Source: Novakomyces olei (taxonomy: Eukaryota). From it: a DNA stretch of 64,000 bases. Below the pieces are notes generated by a model. That model searched no databases. It saw only the letters and a list, made by a program, of their open reading frames with translations, and had not been told where the DNA came from. How positions within the stretch are numbered: the first letter of the stretch is position 1; every line of letters starts with the position of its first letter. Made by a program: the position numbers and the translations under genes. Positions 9,771 through 21,433 of this stretch are shown here, in pieces. The stretch is taken from positions 1,054,001-1,118,000 of the forward strand of contig JADEYG010000001.1 in NCBI GenBank assembly GCA_016906335.1. The letters run 5' to 3'.

Positions 9771-10851
9771 GGCACCTTGGGAATCCATCTCTATGGACTT
9801 TATTGTCAAACTACCGACATCGAAATGCCCGACAACAGCAGTAACTTACAATTCTATTTGGGTTGTTGTGGACAGACTTACGAAGATGGCATATTTTGTT
9901 CCCTGCAATGAAGCTATATCAGCAACGGAACTTGCAGACTTATTTTTACGCCATATTTTTGCGACTCATGGATTACCGAAGAACATTGTGAGTGATCGAG
10001 GTCCTGTGTTCACTTCAAAATTTACGAAAAGTCTCTGTCGAAGTTTGGACATTGCACAAAACTTAACAACGGCGTACCATCCGGAGTCTGACGGTCAGAC
10101 GGAACGTGTGAATCAGATATTGGAACAATATCTACGCCAATACTGTAATTACGAGCAGAACAATTGGGTTCAACTTCTACCGTTAGCACAATTTTGCTAT
10201 AACAATGCTGCTCAAAGTTCTACGAAGATGTCACCATTCCTTGCAAACTACGGTTATCACCCACGTTGCAGTATTACGGTTCGATCGGAACATTCACCAG
10301 CTGTTACGGATCGTTTGAAACTTATTCAGAACTTGGTTCCATTATTGAAATCGGAAATTATCAAGGCAACATCCGATCAAGCCAAGTTTGCCGACGCAAA
10401 GCGAAAAGAAATTAAATTCGAAGTTGGAGATCGCGTTTGGCTAAGCACAACAAATTTAACATCCGACAGACCTTCAAAGAAGTTGGATTACAAGAGACTG
10501 GGACCGTTCGAAGTTTTAGAGGAGGTCGGAACACGTGCTGTTCGACTGAAACTTCCACCACAGATGCAAATACATCCTGTGTTTCACGTGAAGTTATTGG
10601 AACCTGTCAAGAAACCTGTTATTTTAATTCGAAACTCTAAAGAAGTTCCACCGCCTACAATTGTGGAAGGTACGGAGGAATACGAAGTTGAGAGAATCTT
10701 AGCGAAGCGACTGAGACGTCGCAGGGTCAAAAATCTTGTCGACTGGAAGGGATTTGGTCCCGCAGACAGAACTTGGGAACCAACAAAAAACTTGCAAAAC
10801 GCTACGGAGCTTATAGCCGATTTTGAAAGCTCCTCGGCACCCCGCGTTTGA
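9771..10851 (+). pseudogene. pol: Element A pol part 3: integrase core, GPF motif and chromodomain
   Basis: PWESISMDFI, VSDRG, DGQTERVNQ, YEVERIL...WKGF...TWEP. Confidence 0.95.
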
Positions 10852-11220
10852 AGGGGGGGAAAGCGTTAGGATATATTACAAAGGAAATTTGAAGGCTATG
10901 AAGAGTGTTAGGATATATTACGGAGGAAGTTCGAAGGCTGACACCAGCGCGTGGAGCCTTGGAACTTATGCACGAAGATGTGCGGAACTTTCAACAAGTT
11001 CGCAGTTCGATTTATTGTTTGATGTGGTTTTCAACTACCGCTTGTTGATTCACTTATTGATTTATCCACTTATGGATTTGCTTATTATTTGATTATCGGA
11101 TTGCTTATTTTTTCGTTTCTGATTGACGAAACAAGAGGAGGACTATTTTTTGGATACTATGACTATTCTATTATTTTTGGTGACATTCCGCCCGGAGTTC
11201 GGAAATGAAGAAGGGGAATC

Positions 11221-11625
11221 TGTAATGAACCGCGAAGTTCCATTCGCGAAGTTCTAATTTGGAACTTTTAACGGTTCTTCTCATAGTTGTTCGTAGGATC
11301 TTTTCATAGTTCCGTGCGGAAGCTGTATCTTTCGCACGAAGTGGAACTAGGCCCGACTGGGCAATTCAGCCACCGCGTGGCTGGACTTCGCCAGCCACGC
11401 AACAGTTACGCCAAAGTTCTATAAATAGTTCCGCACCCGGGAAGAGATTTCTCTTCTCGGATTAACTCTCTCTTTAATACAAGAATAGAATTCAATCTAC
11501 GAGTTCTACGAACTCTCCTCCTTTTTGCTGCGGCTACCTCCGCTGTTTTAGCAACAGTACCTGTAGAGGCAGGATAGGCTCCACCGAAGGTTCTTCGAAC
11601 TTCGGCGACCTTTCAGTTTCTCACA
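11221..11625 (+). repeat. 3' LTR of element A (405 bp)
   Basis: TGTAATGA...CTCACA after a PPT; inverted solo copy at 19623-20027. Confidence 0.9.
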
Positions 11626-12507
11626 TCGGCCTCCTCAGCCTTGCTCGTCATAAACTCTCTCAAGCGAGCGTTCTCGCTTTCCAAATTCTGAACTCTTGCC
11701 ATCATCTCATTGGCAAAACGCTCCATCTCTTCTATCTTCAACTCAGCCATCTTACTACCCGGTGCCAGTCACGGGCGTTACAAACTGTTAGGGGGTGACT
11801 CAATACAAAGTAATCTTAAGTCGGCCAAGATCACACGTTGGCCTTGACAGGGAGTAGCAAAGGATAGGCAGATAGAAGAACTAATCTCAAGACACTTATA
11901 TTAAGCGGAACCTTGGTTGTTGTAACGCCCCGAACCCAGTAGAACAACTCCTCTTCTTATACTTGGGCTCGGCTCGTTACTTGCCGAAGATCCCACTCTA
12001 CGAAACTATTAAAGTAACTAACTTATTGCAGAAGTGCTAGAGTCTGCGCTCCAAGCGCTACTCTAAGCAACTTTGTTAGGAGTGTAGATAATAAATAATT
12101 AAACATTGAATTACTTAAAGGGTCCTAAACGTGTACGGATTAAAATTAAACATTGAATTACTTAAAGGGTCCTAAACGTGTAGGGATTAAATCTGGAACC
12201 TCGGCATTTGATTAATAATTAATCACGCCATAGCGGAAGCTGACTCATGATTAGTCAAGGCTGACTCATAATTAATCACGCCATTTCGGGCTTTCGGACA
12301 ATGGATTATTAATCCATTACAGGAGTCTATAAAAAGGACACGGTTTCCCATAGTTTAGAACATAGTTTTTTCTATCTTTTAATTTATTTGTTACAACAGT
12401 GAGTTACCCTCACAAACTTCCTACAATACAACTAAATAAACTAACTAACTAAACTACGAAATTGCTTACTCAAGTGCTCCCAGCACCTTTCTAAGCAACC
12501 CCTGACA
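11626..12507 (-). mobile_element. 5' end of Gypsy 'element C': 5' LTR (11786-12507, interrupted), PBS and gag N-terminus, cut by element A
   Basis: Minus strand reads MAELKIEEMERFANEMMARVQNLESENARLRE (similar to B gag start); LTR copies at 16860-17214 and ~21490-22022; PBS 11773-11783 complementary to LTR 11920-11930. Confidence 0.82.
12074..12414. mobile_element. Solo LTR (family D) inside the element C LTR
   Basis: TGTTAGG...CTCACA, TSD AACTT (12069-12073, 12415-12419); internal ~48-bp tandem duplication. Confidence 0.88.
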
Positions 12508-13100
12508 CTCGACCTGTGATGTAGCCACACAAGCAGGACACTTAGTGAGCTGGGCGACCGAGAGAAGTTCGAGCCTAGGCTTTTCCCGAAGAGGGGTCCT
12601 CAGGAATGCCTTTGACGAAGGAAATTGAAGCCACGTTTAGAAGAAAACTAGCGTTCTTGGGCTAGGCAGGGATTTTTCGGCATTTGTCGACGGAATGGCC
12701 GCTTTTGCCAAAGTAGAGGCAAAGGTTATTGTCGATCCGATGCTTGCGTTCTTAAGCAGCGAGTTTTCGAGGTTGGGTAGTTACCGCGTCAACTTGCATT
12801 GCGTCACTTTGCTTGGGGCTTCGTGGAGCCAAAGAAAAGGTTGAAGTAAAGAATCGGCTCGGCTGAGAGAATCGAAAAGGGCGATTGGTAGAAATGCATT
12901 CGAGGCGCCGATCATAAAGGCGATTATGGAGACGAACGCTAAGGCTGACCAAATCTCCGAAATAAGGGGGACGTTCTTTGCGAGCAAGCTTATCCTTGAT
13001 ATAGTCCTTCAATCTATTGTAGAACATAAAAAAAGTTGCGTCGTTGTCAAATTGTAGATGAGACGTTAGCTGCTGGAAACGAGACGCATAATTGGCAACC
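12508..13100 (-). pseudogene. gag: Degenerate Gypsy gag remnant and gag/pol junction
   Basis: FYNRLKDYIKDKL, MQVDA, in-frame stop, degenerate knuckle CLYFGKSGHSVDKC. Confidence 0.8.
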
Positions 13101-13309
13101 AAAACCGGTTTGTGAACGAGTAAATTCACTTGTAAATATGCTGTAGTCCGAAAGAATTGAGGGTTAGATGCCGCTGGAAGGTTACCCGATCGGAGGAATT
13201 TCGGCACGTCGGTATTTCGGTATTTCGGTATTACTTCTTTTTCTAAAGTAATAGATTGGTGTTGAAAATATTTTCACCTGAAGCAAACCGACTAGAAACC
13301 AACCACAAC

Positions 13310-13878
13310 ATGTCGACCGAAATTATCGATATTGGTAAGCAAGTAAACGCATACTTCTAACCTCATTAGAACCTTCCGCGCGTGCCACCACGCCGTGTGA
13401 GAATTGTTTCCGCCGCGGATTTTCCGACGGGTGCTTTTGGACTATCCCACCGAGGGAGACCAGAACCGTGCCGAAGTGCGACCGGTGCGCTACGAGCAAG
13501 TACCACTGCCACGGTGGTAAGCCCAGTAATTTCCAATTAACCCCGGACTAAGTGGCGAAAGCCGATCGTTCGCACGCGCTACTTTTCCGGCGCGTCAGCC
13601 AGCAGCGCCGCCAATCGACCGCGGCAATGTCTGTGCGTCGATCGAATTTTGAGGTTTCTGTAAGCGCGACACCGCTTGACTCCCTGCAGGCCATGGTTGG
13701 CCAGTTTGTAGAGCAGGCGCGAACGGAGCGTGCTGCACAAAAAGCAGAGCTCAATGCTCTCCGCACTCGCGTGGCTTTGCTGGAGACTCGCTTGGAGTAC
13801 TACCAGCAACTGAACAAGGAGCTTGATCGTGCAACGCGAGGCGATACTCCGCTTGCCGATTCTGCTTCTGATTCTTGA
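13310..13878 (+). CDS. Small 3-exon Zn(II)2Cys6-like cluster + coiled-coil protein (~165 aa); exons 13310-13334, 13370-13516, 13553-13878
   Basis: Two GTAAGC...AG phase-1 introns with CTAAC/TTAAC branch points join in frame; CENC-x8-C-x14-CDRC-x6-C. Confidence 0.68.
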
Positions 13879-13939
13879 AACACCGTGCAATATTTTGTAG
13901 TTTCCGTTCGAATTTTGTTAGTGAATTCTATTTTTTTCA

Positions 13940-14033
13940 GTGCTTCGTAACTTCGTCATTCTCTTCGGTGCTTCGTAACTTCGTCATTTTCTTCGGTGCT
14001 TCGTAACTTCGTCATTCTCTTCGGTGCTTCGTA
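13940..14033. repeat. Tandem repeat, ~28-bp unit x3+
   Basis: GTGCTTCGTAACTTCGTCATTYTCTTCG repeated. Confidence 0.85.
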
Positions 14034-14169
14034 AAAATGTGCTATTAAGGATAGTAAAATAAGTCGGGCGGGTGAGATGCTTTTGAACTGGGCGCTACCC
14101 CCCCTTAAAAGAATCGAACACGCACTAAGTTGAGTTAGGCGGTCGCAACAGGTTGAGCATCGTAAATCA

Positions 14170-14505
14170 CAATAAAACCAGTAAAACTGCGGGTTTTTGG
14201 CTAGTGCAATTGCGCCATAATTATCTGTGTTCCTGTCATAGCTCAGTTACAGAAGAAATTGTTCGCCTACAGAACTTTATTTGGCCGGTGCGTATATCCA
14301 GCCAGCGTATTAACAGCATAGGCTCTGTCCGGTCGGGTTTGTGTGGAGGCAAAAAGAAGCCAGCCAATGAGTTGTTGGTACTGAGTTGAATCTCTTTTCT
14401 TGGCCTGGCTTTAGGCTATCCCTCGATAATCTCTCTGTCTTCGCTCATAGGGGTTTCGATGGCCTTACAGTGTGCCATTGCAAATCATTCCAGTATGCTT
14501 AAAAA
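14170..14505 (-). pseudogene. Degenerate, internally deleted Ty1/Copia RT/RNase H fragment
   Basis: QYQQLIGWLLFASTQTRPD and DNYGAIALAKNPQF resemble the Copia at 18759-19544. Confidence 0.72.
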
Positions 14506-15204
14506 TAATTGAAACAAATTCTTTTGGGTTAGTTAGGGTTGGGTTTGTAGTTATACTTTAGGGCTATTGCTAGGGGCTACCCATCCAATGGTCCTAATCT
14601 GGGATCCAAACCTAGAAGCCCTATTCTATCAAGGAGCCCTACCCTATTTAGGACCCCTACCTATTTCGCGGTTTTTTTTTGTTTAGTTCTTTCCGTTTCC
14701 GGTGCAGCCCAGCTCCCCACGGGTGGACCTATGTAGCGGCTAACCGCTGACTGAAATTTAGACCTGCGATCGTCAAAAAGGACAACGTTTCTCATAGTTT
14801 AGAACATAGTTTTTCTATCTCTTTTTTAATTTATAAGTTACAACAGCGAGGTATCCTCACACATTTTTTCACTGCTAACATCGTCAGTGCAACCGTCTGG
14901 AGAAAACCGACGGATTTACAGGAGAATTTTTTCTTAGCCTTTCGCAAATTTTTTGCGTCAGGCAAAGACAAATCCACCCAGGGACAAGGTGCAGGCAGGA
15001 CAAGACCGCCCACATCATATTCCTGTAATGGAGGTTTACGTCACTAAATCTGGATCCACCGATCAGTGTACACAGTCTCCTAAAAACTCTTCCAGCTTGA
15101 CTCTTTGTTAAGAAAGACGGGTAGTGTTGAAGTTCTCCTTTCCGAACTTGACACAACCTCTGTGTCCGGTTCAGTGCCACTGCGGTCAGTAAGCACGCTG
15201 ACCC

Positions 15205-16218
15205 GATTAGCTCGCATTGGAGCAAGACAGGACAGATGTGAACATCTGTAATCGAGCCAGAGAGCGTAATAGTTGCTGCCCAAGACCCGTACTTCGCTTC
15301 CTGTTCCACTTCAGCTAGGTAACTGAATCGTTCCCCGAGGTCCAGATACTTCTCTTTCACCTCCTCCATGTATCCAGCGAAAAAAGCACCCTTTGTGCGT
15401 CAGGGTCCTTTACGCGCACTTGAATATCAAAAATATTCAACTCCTCCCGCGATTTGTGACTAATTATATTAAAGAAATCCTTCTAGTCCGGATCCTGGCT
15501 GAACTCGATGCGCTCATTGACGAGTTCGAATTTCGCCTTTTTCCCGTATAGCACTTTGTAGATTATGTCTTGACCCATTGCGTAATTGACATTTTTTTCT
15601 TTCGTTCGTTCCCATTCGTCCGCCCACTTGGCTTCGATGCCACCGTGAACTTCCAGTTTGTGGCGCGTGACAGAGCCAAGACGATAGAAAGATATACCGC
15701 AAATGTTGCATTCGTGTGCTCCCTGATTACGTGGCGCTCGCTTTCTTCTCTTGGCCAAGTGTTATGGGGGCTTTACTTCCAAAAAGTCGTAAAGGTGCAA
15801 TAAGGTGAATATGCCAGATCTCACGCTGGCTCTGTTGAGGATACGTGGAAAGTAGGGAACCTAGTAATAGAAAACCAAAATATTGCACACCAAAATTTGA
15901 TTACACGTAGCAAACATAAGAGGGGAGTGTCCCATTCTTATGACGCTCCGTGGGGCTTTGCCCGAGAAACTAATCAAACTAAACTAATTAAACTAACTAA
16001 GTTGCTATCTAAAAATAGAAGCTAAGAGTTATAAATAGAACTAATTAAAAATAGAAGTCGTAACACAAAATAAAGTGAAACAAAACAAATTAAAGGATGT
16101 AAAAGCGCTATCTTCAGCGCTAGCTAGCGCCTCATATAGCGCACCGTAACACCAAGGGGCCACTTCCTCCTCCAGAACTAGTGTCCTCACTAGGGCGATT
16201 GTTGATAGTATTGTCCAT
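15205..16218 (-). pseudogene. Degenerate ZnF-JmjC ORF3 homologue (third variant), split by solo LTR 15760-16151
   Basis: Removing the LTR gives MDNTINNRPSEDTSSGGGSGPLAKRRKRAPRNQGAHECNIC...RHKLEVH; then a stop, a frameshift, and WAATITLSGSITDVHIC. Confidence 0.75.
15760..16151. mobile_element. Solo LTR (family K), 392 bp
   Basis: TGTTATG...CGTAACA, TSD CCAAG (15755-15759, 16152-16156). Confidence 0.85.
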
Positions 16219-16246
16219 GTCTATAGTTGGATTAGTGTAGGGGTAC

Positions 16247-16597
16247 TGTTAGGCCATAGTGAAGATAGTAAAATTAAAATTAAAAATGACATAATTAAAT
16301 TAAAAATATTCACTCCAAATACAGAATCTAACCGATTTCGAGGAATATTTAATTACTAATCATTAAATCACGCCACTAATCGGTACTCTGTATCCTATCA
16401 ATGATAAGGTGATTACTAATTGATCGGTTACTTCTGATCCTATCTGAAAACTAATTGACAGGAAACTTGATCCTATCTCTTGGCAAATTACAAAGATAAG
16501 AGCTGAGCCTTGAAGTCTATAAAAGGACAAGGTTTTCCATAGTTTAAGAGTAGATTTTTATTAATCTAAAAGTTCCGACAGTGAGTTATTTCCACAG
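16247..16597. repeat. LTR copy (family H), no matching TSD
   Basis: Homologous to 24492-24851 and to inverted copies at 17835-18185 and 24895-25241. Confidence 0.8.
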
Positions 16598-16859
16598 TAG
16601 TGTTGAGTGCACTAGTCGAGGAATATATATAGACAATTATTACTTAAAAATATTATTTTTCGCATGATGTAACGTGGATGTAATCCGTGATGTAATCAAA
16701 AGTTTTCAATAGCGCTTTGGCTGTGCCATGCGCTGATGGTACTGCTCAACCTCTTCCTGAGCATTATGAAGATTTTCAGCTGGTTCCCATGTTCGATCAG
16801 CATATCGATAGTTCTTCCAATGAACCAAATATTGTAGGGATTTCCCTTGTCCACCATGA

Positions 16860-17214
16860 TGTTAGAGGGTGACTCAATACAAAGTAATCTTAAGTCGGCC
16901 AGGATCACACGTTGGCCTTGACAGGGACTAACAAAGGATACGCAGATAGAGGAACTAATCTCAAGACACTTATATTAAGCGGAACCTCGGTTGTTGTAAC
17001 GCACCGAACCCAGTAGAAAAACACCTCTTCTTATACTTGGGCTCGGCTCGTTACTTGCCGAATATCCCACTCTGCGAAACTATTAAAGTAACTAACTTAT
17101 TGCAGACGTGCTAGAGTCCGCGCTCCAGGCGCTACTCTAAGCAACTTCCTACAATACTACTAAATAAACTAACTAAATAACTAAACTACGAAGTTGCTTA
17201 CTCAAGTGCTCCCA
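16860..17214 (-). repeat. Family C LTR copy, truncated by a further insertion
   Basis: Homologous to 11786-12073 plus 12420-12482. Confidence 0.85.
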
Positions 17215-17297
17215 TGTAAGGTGGCCCTTAGAGGGGAGCACCGCGATGTAAACTCGCGTGTCGCTACAGGCGAACACGGACCGTCCTTTGCGAGACC

Positions 17298-17755
17298 TGT
17301 AATGAACCACTTAGGGTTAGTTAGGGTTAGGGTCATGGATATCGTTTAGGATTAGGGTTAGTGTTTACCTAATTAAGGATCCTACCTAGGATCCTTACCT
17401 AGGATCCTCTCTTCATTACTTACCTTTTTCCCCTCTTTTATTTCGTTCTATACATTTCCGCGCGTTTATTTACTTTGCGCTATTTATTTGTTTACTTCTT
17501 TCTGTTTCCAGCGCAGCGCCTTCCCAGCGTGCAGCGCCCTCGCCTCTGTCTGTAGCTTATAAATAGCGCCGTGGTGAGCCTAGCTCCCCACGGGTTAATC
17601 TATTCTATTTCTCTATTTAATTTATCTATTCAGTTTTCTATTCTGACTTCTATTTTCTAATTTATCTTCATATATATTGCTCTACGTTCAGACGCCTACG
17701 TTTCGCTCCGCCTTTCTTTCTTCCTTTCCCCTTCATCACATATAAACCCGTCACA
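17298..17755. repeat. Probable LTR rich in TTAGGG-like motifs (family J)
   Basis: TGTAATG...GTCACA; partial similarity to 14525-14730; no TSD. Confidence 0.5.
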
Positions 17756-17774
17756 AAAAAAAAAATTTCGTACC

Positions 17775-18414
17775 TGTCAGTGCGTGTCACAGGCGAACCT
17801 CGACGCCTGAGTACAACTGCTTAATGGTACGCCGTGTTATAACTGTGGAAATGACTCACTGTTATAACTTTTAGATTAATTAAATCTACTCTCAAACTAT
17901 GGAAAACCTTGTCCTTTTATAGACTTCAAGGCTCAGCTCTTATCTTCGTAATTTGCCAAGAGATAGGATCAAGACTTTCCTATCAATTAGTAATCAGATA
18001 GGATCAAAAGTAACCGATCAATTAGTATTCACCTTATCATTGATAGGATACAGATACCCGATCAGTGGCGTGATTTGTAATTAAATATTCCTCGAAATCG
18101 GTTAGATTCCGTATTTGGAGTGAATTAATTTAATTTAATTATGTCATTTTAATTTTAATTTTATTATCTACACTATGGCCTAACACGCCGCTTATCGTAA
18201 CGGCTAGCAGGAAAAGGAAAATACGACAGAATAGTTATATTCACTAGTTGGCTAAGCGTAGGTAAAGTAGATACCAGAAGGCCTTACTTATACTTCCGCT
18301 TAGCGTTCTAAATTACAATGCAAAACTATCTGGAATATTCTATACTAAAACTAAAGCCTGCACACTAATTGCACGAGTGCGACTTTTGTGCAAGGCACAT
18401 GTCAGCTCCTGACA
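17775..18414. mobile_element. Solo LTR (family I) containing a nested family H LTR
   Basis: TGTCAG...CTGACA, TSD GTACC (17770-17774, 18415-18419). Confidence 0.82.
17835..18185. mobile_element. Solo LTR (family H, inverted)
   Basis: TGTTATA...CTAACA, TSD CGCCG. Confidence 0.9.
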
Positions 18415-18694
18415 GTACCCGTCTTGTTGTGTTTTCTTGTTGGGTTTCGATACGGCAGTGTTGCTTTCACGGCAACCGTGGTGGGAAGCCAAATGGAAGG
18501 TAAGAATACTAATATATATCCTGTTAGATCTTGTTAATTATACCCTTGTAGGCTATGTAGGCTATATATGTTTATTCTTTCTCCAGCTAATCCGGGTTTA
18601 CCAAACTAACCCTAACAAACCCTAAACCTCAAAGTTTGAGTTCTACTATAACAGACTTGGCCCATATTTAGATGTATTCCAACGTATTCCAATA

Positions 18695-21133
18695 CACCCT
18701 CCCAGGCGACGGGCACGGCAAGCCTGTATTCGTTGGTCACGTGATGAGGCTACTTACTTTATTCGCTCATTCCAATTATTTTTGTAAAGTTTTTAAACAG
18801 CAGTTTGCGAAGCGGTTTTGTAAGACCGTCAGCTGCCATACGAGCAGTAGGTATGTACTTAATTTTTATTTTTTCTGATTCCGTTAGTTCACGGAGGAAA
18901 TGCCATCGGATGGCTACATGTTTTGTTCGTCTGTGAAACTGGGGATTCTTGGCGAGGGCGATAGCGCCTTGGTTGTCCTCCAGGACAATCATGGGCAGTC
19001 TATCGTCCTCATTGTAGTTCAGTTCCAAGAGGAGTTGTTGGGCCCACAGCACCTCTTGGCCACTGATTGACAAGCCAACATATTCTGCCTCGGTGGAGGA
19101 GAGAGCCACTGTGGTTTGGAGAGTTGATCTTCACGACACAGGTCCTCCACCGGCCATGAGTATGAAACCAGAGCATGACCGTCTGGTATCTCGGTCGCCC
19201 ACCCAGTCCGAGTCTGTATAGACCTTTAGGTCCATGTTGTCCTCGCTAAATTTATACTTGATACCGTAAGTTTTCGTTCCTTTCAGATATCTTAAAATTT
19301 TTCTGGCAGCAGTCTAGTGTTCTTCACTTGGCCGGTGCATATGTCGAGCCAGCGTGTTAACCGCGTAGGCTATGTCTAATCGCGTCTGAGTCGACGCAAA
19401 GAGCAGCGAGCCTATGAGTTGCTGATACTGTGTTTGTATCTCTTTGCTTGACTCTGACTCAGGCTGTTCCCGGATGGCCTCTCTATCCTCGGCCATTGGG
19501 GGTTTGATGGCCTTGCAGTCCATCATTCCGAAAAGTTCGAGCATATTTGTGACATAATGTTCTTGTTTAAGCTCTATGCTTCGATGCTTTCTGTCTCGTA
19601 TAATTTGTAGTCCGACGAAAAGTGTGAGAAACTGAAAGGTCGCCGAAGTTCGAAGAACCTTCGGTGGAGCCTATCCTGCCTCTACAGGTACTGTTGCTAA
19701 AACAGCGGAGGTAGCCGCAGCAAAAAGGAGGAGAGTTCGTAGAACTCGTAGATTGAATTCTATTCTTGTATTAAAGAGAGAGTTAACCCGTGAAGAGAAA
19801 TCTCTTCCCGGGTGCGGAACTATTTATAGAACTTTGGCGTGACTGTCGCGTGGCTGGCGAAGTCCAGCCACGCGGTGGCTGAATTGCCCAGTCGGGCCTA
19901 GTTCCACTTCGTGCAGAAGATACAGCTTCCGCACGGAACTATGAAAAGATCCTACGAACAACTATGAAAAGAACCGTTAAAAGTTCCAAATTGGAACTTC
20001 GTGAATGGAACTTCGCGGTTCATTACAAAAAGGTTCGCCGGACCGAGATCCTTGGCTACGTAAGCCGTTTTAATTTGCCTTTTAATATCTGCTAACTTTA
20101 ATTTCGTAGCTGCGATAACCAGCAAATCGTCTGTATGGGCGAGAATTATTTCATTTTCGTTCCGGACGAATACTGAGTTGTCAGATTTAAGGGGATTGAA
20201 CCCAAGCTGCCGAAACATCTGGCGCTGGCATTTGTACCACTCGCGTGGGGACTGATTCAGTCCATACAGTTTCTGCCGAAGCTTGCACATTTGGTCCTTT
20301 CCGGTTTCGAATCCGACAGGTTGCTCGACGTATACTTCTTCTTGTACTTGTGCGTTCAGAAAGGCGGTTTCAAAATCCATCTGATCGCATTCCAGATCTT
20401 TGAATGCGACAATGGCCAGTACCATTATCCACGTCGCGGTATGAACTACAGGGGCGAAAGTCTCTTGGTAATCAATTCCTTCCTTTTGCAAATAGCCTTT
20501 TACAACCCATCTTGCTTTGTATTTTTGCACATTCCCTTCTGTGTCCTTTTTTATTTTAAAGACCCATTTCCCTTTCAAGATGTGCTTGTCCTTTTCAACG
20601 TCGGACTTGTTAACTAACGTCCAGGTTTCGTTTTTGTCTAGCGACTCGAGTTTGGCGTAGCAAGTTTCGGTGCATTCCCGAGCTTGTGGGGACTCGAGTG
20701 CCTCTCGGAGAGTCTGCGGCTCTGTTTGAACTGCATGCGCAACAGTAAGTAAAGACTTCTGCGTTTTGTTTAGACGTGCTGACCGACGCAGGCTCGGCGC
20801 AGGTAATAACCCTGGCATTTTTCACTTATTAGCCCGTTGCTACGCTCTGCCATTCCATTTTGCTCAGGCGTATATGGCACGGTGTTTTCAACTTTAACTC
20901 CCAGTGATGTAAGCCAGGGTTGTGCAGAGGTGAATTCGAGACCGCCGTCTGTGCGAATAGTCTTTGGCATTGCCTTGAAATAATTTTTGATGAATTCAGC
21001 CCAGAGCTTTATTGCCGAAAGAACTGTGCTAGCTGTTTTCGAGGTCAAGGGTATGATCGAGCGAAAACGACTGACTTCATCGGTCATAATGACTATGTAG
21101 CGGTATCCGTCTCTGGATATTTGGCTCATTGGA
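18695..21133 (-). pseudogene. Decayed Ty1/Copia pol (integrase-RT-RNase H) with PPT
   Basis: IRTDGGLEF, TPEQNGMAER, YKARWVVKG, HTDD, ALSSTEAEY, EDNQGAI, KHVAIRWHF; IN before RT; stops and frameshift; PPT GGGAGGGTG at 18703-18695. Confidence 0.92.
19623..20027 (-). mobile_element. Solo LTR of family A inserted in the Copia RT
   Basis: Reverse complement of 11221-11625; TSD AAAAG. Confidence 0.92.
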
Positions 21134-21144
21134 GGGTTAGGGTT

Positions 21145-21433
21145 AGTGCGAAGGGTCGCACTCGCTAGCGTGCGAGAATGCGAACGGGAAGCGAGGTCCG
21201 TGCACATTGTGCATGGAGCCCCTCGCTCCCGTGGGCCAAGCTGGCTTAGTGCGCGTACCTACATGCGCACTAAGTCAACCTCTACGAACCAAGACCATCG
21301 CGTTACGCGCCGACTGGTCTTGGGCCGCGTTGGCGAAGCTTGCGACGCGCGGACATCCCAAGTCCGACTACAGGCGTCGCCCCTCGCTTCCCAACGCGGC
21401 TGTCAGGGACTCGCCAAGGCAAGGATCATGACA
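21145..21433. repeat. Truncated inverted family E LTR
   Basis: Reverse complement of ~951-1240. Confidence 0.88.

Larger units (their letters stand above)
1..11625 (+). mobile_element. Ty3/Gypsy chromovirus 'element A' (5' end outside window), disrupted by a solo LTR (951-1581) and by full element B (3244-9770)
   Basis: Gag zinc-knuckle tail at 1-135; protease/RT/RNaseH/integrase/chromodomain pieces rejoin in frame when both insertions and one TSD copy of each are removed; PPT GAAGAAGGGGAATC before a TG...CA LTR at 11221-11625. Confidence 0.93.

Noticed and set aside
10823-11092. 89-aa ORF after element A pol as cargo
   Set aside because: Non-ATG start, built from a local duplication and low-complexity sequence
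13940-14033. 28-bp repeats as a CRISPR-like array
   Set aside because: Head-to-tail with no spacers; eukaryotic context
14141-14160. CAACA-GGTTGAGC as a Copia LTR end plus PBS
   Set aside because: Imperfect match to the GGTTATGAGC-type PBS and no gag follows
14862-15200. Possible fourth JmjC-related fragment
   Set aside because: Only vague resemblance; no catalytic motif recoverable by eye
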